Source: Promethearchaeota archaeon (GTDB taxonomy: Archaea > Asgardarchaeota > Lokiarchaeia > Sigyniarchaeales > SOKP01). Taken from it: DNA of 11,520 nt. Below, piece by piece: positions 6,373 to 11,520 of the stretch. A model generated the notes under the pieces. The model was given only the letters and a program-made list of their open reading frames with translations, was not told where the DNA came from and did no database searches. The position numbers and the translations under genes are program-made. The stretch is from NCBI GenBank assembly GCA_018238625.1, contig JABCSY010000119.1:1-11520 (forward strand), read 5' to 3'. The first letter of the stretch is position 1. Each line of letters opens with the position of its first letter.

Positions 6373-6933
6373 TCATTTTGGATGCAACTTAATTATTGTA
6401 ATCATATTCAACATTTTTGAGAAATCGGTTGTTTCTGGTTCGTCAATTTTCGGATTCCAACCGAAAAGCGCTTTTGCTGCCCTTCCGTGGTTTACCACGT
6501 ACCATTTCATAACATTGAGCTTTTGATCCTCATCAATTACAAATTCTAATTGCGGTTGGAAACGGTGAAAGCCGTGTCTTACAGATGTAGCGTCAGGATA
6601 AACGCGCATGTTTTTCATCCACCCTGCGTCTTCTCCTCTACTAGAGAAAATCGTTATAACGCCTTCTATCCAATGGTATTCTAATGGAGTCCTCCTTTTT
6701 TTTCCAGTTATTCTTCCTTTTGTCGTTAGAACGAGAAATATCCTTCCAATACCAAAAAGTGGCAAAATTCTTAGTCGATATAAAGGAAGGACTAAAAATT
6801 TATTAGCTATTCTCCATTTTCTAAGCGTTTTTTTCCTAATGTTCTCATCTTCGTGATTTAAATTATAAAGGGGAGAACCTCGCCTTGGTAAAAGCTCTGC
6901 TTCGTTTGATTTAACCTTTTTTGAGGGAGTCAA
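6373..6933 (-). CDS. Deazaflavin (F420)-dependent nitroreductase-family oxidoreductase (DDN/FDOR-A)
   Basis: Signature LVLTTKGRITGKKRRTPL, followed by SSRG...GWMKNMR (family consensus LxTxGRxSGxxRxxPL...WxxNL). TTG start. Confidence 0.8.
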   Translation of the reverse strand: MTPSKKVKSNEAELLPRRGSPLYNLNHEDENIRKKTLRKWRIANKFLVLPLYRLRILPLFGIGRIFLVLTTKGRITGKKRRTPLEYHWIEGVITIFSSRGEDAGWMKNMRVYPDATSVRHGFHRFQPQLEFVIDEDQKLNVMKWYVVNHGRAAKALFGWNPKIDEPETTDFSKMLNMITIIKLHPK

Positions 6934-7049
6934 TATGTTTCTTCCACTTAATTTTTTTTATTCTTGTTATTGTGTCTTTAAGACGATTTATAGTTATAGT
7001 TATCCATGATATAAAAGAATTTAAACGAGGTAATTTTTAACAACTAGCA

Positions 7050-8069
7050 ATGATTTTATTTTCAATTATATTTTTGATAATAGGCTTTATTGGACTGACC
7101 ATAGGATCAAAATTCATAATAATCGGACTCGAAAATATTGCCGATCGCTTACATATTAGCCATATAATGGTGGGTCTCACGATTTTAGCGATTGGGACTA
7201 GTTTACCTGAAATCGCCGTGAGCGTAATGGGCGGTTTTGATAAGCTTTTAGGTATAGATCCAAATATTGATGGAATAGTCATTGGAAATAAAGTAGGGTC
7301 TTTTTTAACTCAAATCACGCTAATTATTGGAATTTTAGCGGTGGCTCAGCCGCTCATGGTTAGTAAGTGGGAATTGAGAAGAGAAGGTCCTATGCTTTTT
7401 ATCTCTGTATTGATTTTTCTTATTTTTTCCCTTGATGGTCTTATTACTCAATTCGAAGCGCTATTAATGATAATTTCGTATTTCTTATACCTTTTATTAA
7501 TAATCTGGAGCGAAAAGCGTTTGGCAAAAGCTAAACCGGAAGTTCGCTTTGCTGAAAAAGAACGCTTAGATCCTATGAGTTTTGACCCCATTGAGAGTCA
7601 TCACAAAAAATCGTCCCTTTTTAAAGATATCAGCTATACTTTAGTTGGCCTTCTAATTTTATTAGTCACAGCAGAATTCACATTACTCTCTGCTCACGAT
7701 TTAGCGAGAGAGTTTAACATCCCAGAAAACGTCATAGGGATACTAATCGTTGGTTTTGGAACAAGTTTACCAGAATTAGTAGCTGATTTAACGGCTATAA
7801 GGAGAGGGTCTCATGGAATTGCTATGGGTGATATATTAGGCTCTAATATATGTGATATCTTATTAGCCACAGGTTCAGGAGCAATAATTGTTAATTTTAA
7901 CGTCCCGATGGTAATTCTGATTTTCGACATTCCAGTTCTCTTATTAGCTTTATCAATTACATTATATCTCCTATGGACCCACAAAACTTTGAAAAAATGG
8001 GAAGGAGTGTTATTAATTGGTTTTTATGGCGTTTACGTAATCGTGAAATTGTTATTCTTTCAAATTTAA
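7050..8069 (+). CDS. Calcium/sodium antiporter (CaCA superfamily, YrbG/NCX_Mj-like)
   Basis: Two alpha repeats, AIGTSLPEI...GNKVGS and GFGTSLPEL...GDILGSNICDI. About 10 TM helices with a central hydrophilic loop. Confidence 0.92.
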   Translation: MILFSIIFLIIGFIGLTIGSKFIIIGLENIADRLHISHIMVGLTILAIGTSLPEIAVSVMGGFDKLLGIDPNIDGIVIGNKVGSFLTQITLIIGILAVAQPLMVSKWELRREGPMLFISVLIFLIFSLDGLITQFEALLMIISYFLYLLLIIWSEKRLAKAKPEVRFAEKERLDPMSFDPIESHHKKSSLFKDISYTLVGLLILLVTAEFTLLSAHDLAREFNIPENVIGILIVGFGTSLPELVADLTAIRRGSHGIAMGDILGSNICDILLATGSGAIIVNFNVPMVILIFDIPVLLLALSITLYLLWTHKTLKKWEGVLLIGFYGVYVIVKLLFFQI

Positions 8070-8256
8070 AGGGCAATTGTTAGCAACTATAGCATTTAAT
8101 ATTTTAAATTCAAACAAATTATCGATTTACTTAAAATACACAAGAATTATATTATTGTTTATCTAAATGATATTATTTAAGAAACTAAATATTTGGGGAT
8201 AAAAAATTCAAATAGAGCAGCAACAAAATTCAGAATGGGGAAAACGCACCTTAAAC

Positions 8257-10596
8257 ATGAAACAAAAAGTAATTAGGCAATCTCATGAAATTTGTATCGA
8301 GAGAGCTATGTTAATTACGGAATCCTATAGAAAAACAAAAAGAGAGTTTCCTGTAATTCGATTTGCAAAAGCTATCAGCCATATCTTGCAAAATATGACG
8401 ATTAAAATCTGGGACGATGAAGTAATTGTAGGTAACCGGTGTTCAAAATTAGTAGGGACCCCATTATATCCTGAAATTAGAGTGGATACTTTAGAGCAAG
8501 ATTGTGACTCTTACGATTCACGTTTAGTCCAACCACTTTTCTTGTCCGATGAAGATAGACAAATTTTAAAGGAAGATATCATTCCGTATTGGAAACATGA
8601 GGATCAAACAGTTCAAGATAGGTATTATGGTTATTTGAATGATGATGAAAAAGCCATTCGGGAAAAATTATTATTTATTGGGGATGCGGAACTTACGAAT
8701 GGTATCGGTCATTTTTTCCCAGGTCACGAAAATGTTTTAAAGTATGGAATCAACGGTTTAATCCAAAAATCTAAAGAAAAATTAAATGGTTTAGTTGAAT
8801 TAAAATCAGAAGAAATTGATAAAAAAATGTTTTTTGAATCCATTATTATAGTATGTAATGGAATAAAAGAATTCATTAAGAGGTTTTCAAAATTAGCTAA
8901 TACCTTAGCAACAAATGAGCCAAATCTAGAACGCCAAAGAGAACTTCTGGAAATTTCTGAAGTATGTTATAATATCTCCGAATATCCGCCAAATTCGTTT
9001 AATGAAGCATTACAACTCATTTATTTTACTCATATAATATGTTGTTTAGAGGATGGTGGTTTCGCAATAAGTATAGGGCGTTTAGATCAATATTTATATC
9101 CATACTATAACAAAGATAAGATGGAGGGGAAAATATCGCCCGAAAAAGCTCAGTTTTTAATTGAAGGTTTTTACATAAAACTTGCAAGCTTATGGAACTA
9201 TCTGCCTACTCAAGGCATTGTAGCTTCAGAAGGGCCACCAATTGCCGCAAATGTAACTATCGGGGGGCTTGATTGTAATGGAAAAGATGTAACAAATGAG
9301 TTGACTTTTATATTATTAGACGCATACACCAATCTTAAGACCGTACAACCTACATTTTCTATTAGAATCCATAAGAACACACCTGAAGATTTGCTTGTTA
9401 GAGTTACTGAAAGCATAAAATCAGGTACCAGTATTGCTTTATTTAACGATGATGTAATAATTAGCGGACTTATAAATCGTGGTTTTACTCTTGAGGATGC
9501 TCGAGAATATGCCTTGGTGGGATGTGTGGAACCACAACATCCACATAAATCATTTGGGTCAACCAATTCGAATCAAATAAATATTGTAAAATGTTTAGAA
9601 TTGGCACTTAACTCGGGAATCGACATGTTTACTAGAAGGGAATATGGAGTAACTAAGGAAACAAAAATTACATCTTATGAAGATTTATGGGATGCTTTTG
9701 CAAAAGAAATGAAATATTTCATTAAACATATGGTTTCAATGATGAACTCTCTTGATAAAGCAACGGCTGAACTTGCTCCACAGCCATTCTTATCTGCAAT
9801 TACTGACGATTGTATTGAAAAAGCACTAGATATTACAAAAGGAGGTGCTATTTACAACTTTACTGGGCCCCAGTTAATTGGTTTAGCTACAGTAGCAGAT
9901 AGCCTTGCTGTAATTAAGAAGCTAATATTTGAAGAAAAAACTCTTCCTTTTGGAGTATTAGTTGAAATGCTTAAAAAAAATTACAGAGGGTCTTTTCAAG
10001 GAAAAAAAGGAGAGGAATGGAGGAAAATCTTTATTAATAAAGTTCCAAAATTTGGAAACGATAATGATTTTGTTGATTCAATCGCGGCAGACGTAGTAAA
10101 ATTATATTGCGATGAAATTTCGAAGTATGAAAATTATCGTGGAGGAAAATTCAATCCTGGACTTTATTCGACTTCTTTTCACCTAGCATTGGGTTTTTTT
10201 ACAGCGGCATCAGCTAATGGTAGAAAATCAAGAGAAACCCTCTCTAATGGTGTTGGTCCTACTCATGGTAATGATAAGAACGGTCCTACTGCCATTCTTA
10301 ATTCAGTTAAGAAACTAAACAACGAATTATTAACTAATGGTAATTCTCTAATTTTAGCATTTCATCCAAATACAATAAAGCCTGATATTTTTATACCTAT
10401 GATTCGATCATTTTTTGTACCTCACGGTGGTCTACAAGTACAATTTAACGTTGTTGGCAAAGATATTCTATGTAATGCTCAAGAACATCCTGATAATTAC
10501 CGCGGGCTAGTCGTAAGGATTGCGGGTTATTCAGTTTTATTTACAGAACTATCTAAAAACGCCCAAGATGAAATTATTGCTCGAACTCAATTTTGA
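8257..10596 (+). CDS. Glycyl-radical enzyme, PFL2/glycerol-dehydratase-like family, substrate unknown
   Basis: Cys loop GCVEP; glycyl-radical motif LVVRIAGYS; ICIERA; GRLDQYLYPYY; NVTIGG; PKFGND; SANGRK; QVQFNVV. The true start may be upstream, at about 8206. Confidence 0.93.
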   Translation: MKQKVIRQSHEICIERAMLITESYRKTKREFPVIRFAKAISHILQNMTIKIWDDEVIVGNRCSKLVGTPLYPEIRVDTLEQDCDSYDSRLVQPLFLSDEDRQILKEDIIPYWKHEDQTVQDRYYGYLNDDEKAIREKLLFIGDAELTNGIGHFFPGHENVLKYGINGLIQKSKEKLNGLVELKSEEIDKKMFFESIIIVCNGIKEFIKRFSKLANTLATNEPNLERQRELLEISEVCYNISEYPPNSFNEALQLIYFTHIICCLEDGGFAISIGRLDQYLYPYYNKDKMEGKISPEKAQFLIEGFYIKLASLWNYLPTQGIVASEGPPIAANVTIGGLDCNGKDVTNELTFILLDAYTNLKTVQPTFSIRIHKNTPEDLLVRVTESIKSGTSIALFNDDVIISGLINRGFTLEDAREYALVGCVEPQHPHKSFGSTNSNQINIVKCLELALNSGIDMFTRREYGVTKETKITSYEDLWDAFAKEMKYFIKHMVSMMNSLDKATAELAPQPFLSAITDDCIEKALDITKGGAIYNFTGPQLIGLATVADSLAVIKKLIFEEKTLPFGVLVEMLKKNYRGSFQGKKGEEWRKIFINKVPKFGNDNDFVDSIAADVVKLYCDEISKYENYRGGKFNPGLYSTSFHLALGFFTAASANGRKSRETLSNGVGPTHGNDKNGPTAILNSVKKLNNELLTNGNSLILAFHPNTIKPDIFIPMIRSFFVPHGGLQVQFNVVGKDILCNAQEHPDNYRGLVVRIAGYSVLFTELSKNAQDEIIARTQF

Positions 10597-10719
10597 ATGC
10601 AATTTTTTAAAATCTTAAAACAAAAGTAATCTAATAATTTGAACCATCTTTATAATCATTTAAATACAGATTGATATCTATTATTCATGTAATAAAATAT
10701 TATAGGGTGCAATATTAAA

Positions 10720-11520
10720 ATGTCATTATTCGAATTACTTCCCGCTTTTGTTGGTTATATTTTGTGTGGATTGGCAATTATTCACGCATTACTTGATGCG
10801 CGCGAAAACCGTGTACAACGATTTTTAATGTTAGTAACTTTATTCGTTTTTGGATTCTTGTTGGAATATATGGGGGTTATTACTGGGCATTATGTATACG
10901 CCGCAGAGGCCGTCATGATTTGTGGGATTATACCCTTATCAGTTTCTTTTGCTTGGGTAGGGATCATTTATAGTGCTATGATAATTGGCGAACGTTTAAA
11001 GCTTTCTGTATGGCAGCGAATACTTACCACTACCTTAATAGCCCTTAGTCTAGATTGGGGTATGGACCCAATTGCTGTTGAATTCGGAGCGTGGACTTGG
11101 TTGCATTCAGGTGGAGTCTATTTTGACGTTCCCGGTTTTAATTTTATTGGTTGGTTTTTCATTCCAATCGCTTATTTAATACCATATGGGCTAAGCCGGA
11201 ATAAAGAAAGTAAGAAATTTCAACTATTGACTATTAATGAAATAGATGAAAACAACTCCTTAGGGCGAAAATTATACACATGCTTGGTTGTAGTACCAAT
11301 AGCAATGGGCGTTTTATTCATTGTAGGAACGATTTGCAGAATAGAAGTTATATACTACTTGAATTGGATAATTCTATTGATTTGGATGCTTTTTACCGTC
11401 GTATTTGCTGCAGGAACGATCGTATGGAAGCGTGAAAACTTAAAACATTCCAAATGGTTTGATCTAATCCCTCCAACGATTCTATTATTTATAGCTTATT
11501 TCTACTTGATTTATAGTCTC
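10720..11520 (+). CDS. CruF-like carotenoid-biosynthesis (1,2-hydratase/DUF422) family membrane protein (runs off the right edge)
   Basis: Not in the ORF track; translated by hand from ATG 10720, open for 267 codons to the edge: MSLFELLPAF...LLEYMGVITGHYVY...IPLSVSFAWVGIIY...LDWGMDPIAVEFGAWTW...YFDVPGFNFIGWFF. The E-x2-G-x2-TG, P-x6-W, D-x3-DP-x7-W-x-W and VP-x2-NF-x-GW motifs are characteristic of the family. Confidence 0.8.
   Translation, partial: MSLFELLPAFVGYILCGLAIIHALLDARENRVQRFLMLVTLFVFGFLLEYMGVITGHYVYAAEAVMICGIIPLSVSFAWVGIIYSAMIIGERLKLSVWQRILTTTLIALSLDWGMDPIAVEFGAWTWLHSGGVYFDVPGFNFIGWFFIPIAYLIPYGLSRNKESKKFQLLTINEIDENNSLGRKLYTCLVVVPIAMGVLFIVGTICRIEVIYYLNWIILLIWMLFTVVFAAGTIVWKRENLKHSKWFDLIPPTILLFIAYFYLIYSL

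Noticed and set aside
5933-7282. ORFs 5933-6271 (+), 6608-6856 (+) and 7037-7282 (-)
   Set aside because: Antisense shadows of the flavodoxin, DDN and antiporter genes; no recognisable motifs.
9210-9566. 118-aa minus-strand ORF with a CGCCG stretch
   Set aside because: Antisense to the conserved core of the glycyl-radical enzyme. The Cys run is simply the complement of the PQHPH codons.
8257-10596. Annotation as pyruvate formate-lyase (pflB) or choline TMA-lyase (cutC)
   Set aside because: No adjacent Cys-Cys pair as in PFL, and the residues after GCVEP do not match CutC.
1-11520. CRISPR array, tRNA, rRNA or structured ncRNA
   Set aside because: All intergenic gaps are under about 250 bp and very AT-rich, with no spaced direct repeats or GC-rich stems visible.

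Overview
AT-rich, intron-free, densely coding prokaryotic window with 11 protein-coding genes, two of them cut by the window edges. The gene content points to an Asgard archaeon, probably Lokiarchaeia-like (inference): a Rab-like small GTPase with no prenylation tail, a zinc-ribbon/RING protein, and a long coiled-coil protein with a C-terminal zinc ribbon. Gene order: MFS transporter (-, partial), zinc-ribbon+RING (+), EFR1-type flavodoxin-ferredoxin (+), MIG-like T:G mismatch glycosylase (-) divergent from an orphan C5-cytosine DNA methyltransferase (+), Rab-like GTPase (-) divergent from the coiled-coil/Zn-ribbon protein (+), flavodoxin (-), F420-dependent DDN-family reductase (-), Ca2+/cation antiporter (+), uncharacterised glycyl-radical enzyme (+), CruF-like membrane protein (+, partial). 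Most notable are (1) an exact 38-residue, stammer-containing period in the coiled coil, matching the fungal tropomyosin actin-binding period, (2) its head-to-head pairing with the Rab-like GTPase across a symmetric promoter region, and (3) a methyltransferase + MIG cassette with no restriction enzyme. I saw no RNA genes, CRISPR arrays or mobile elements.
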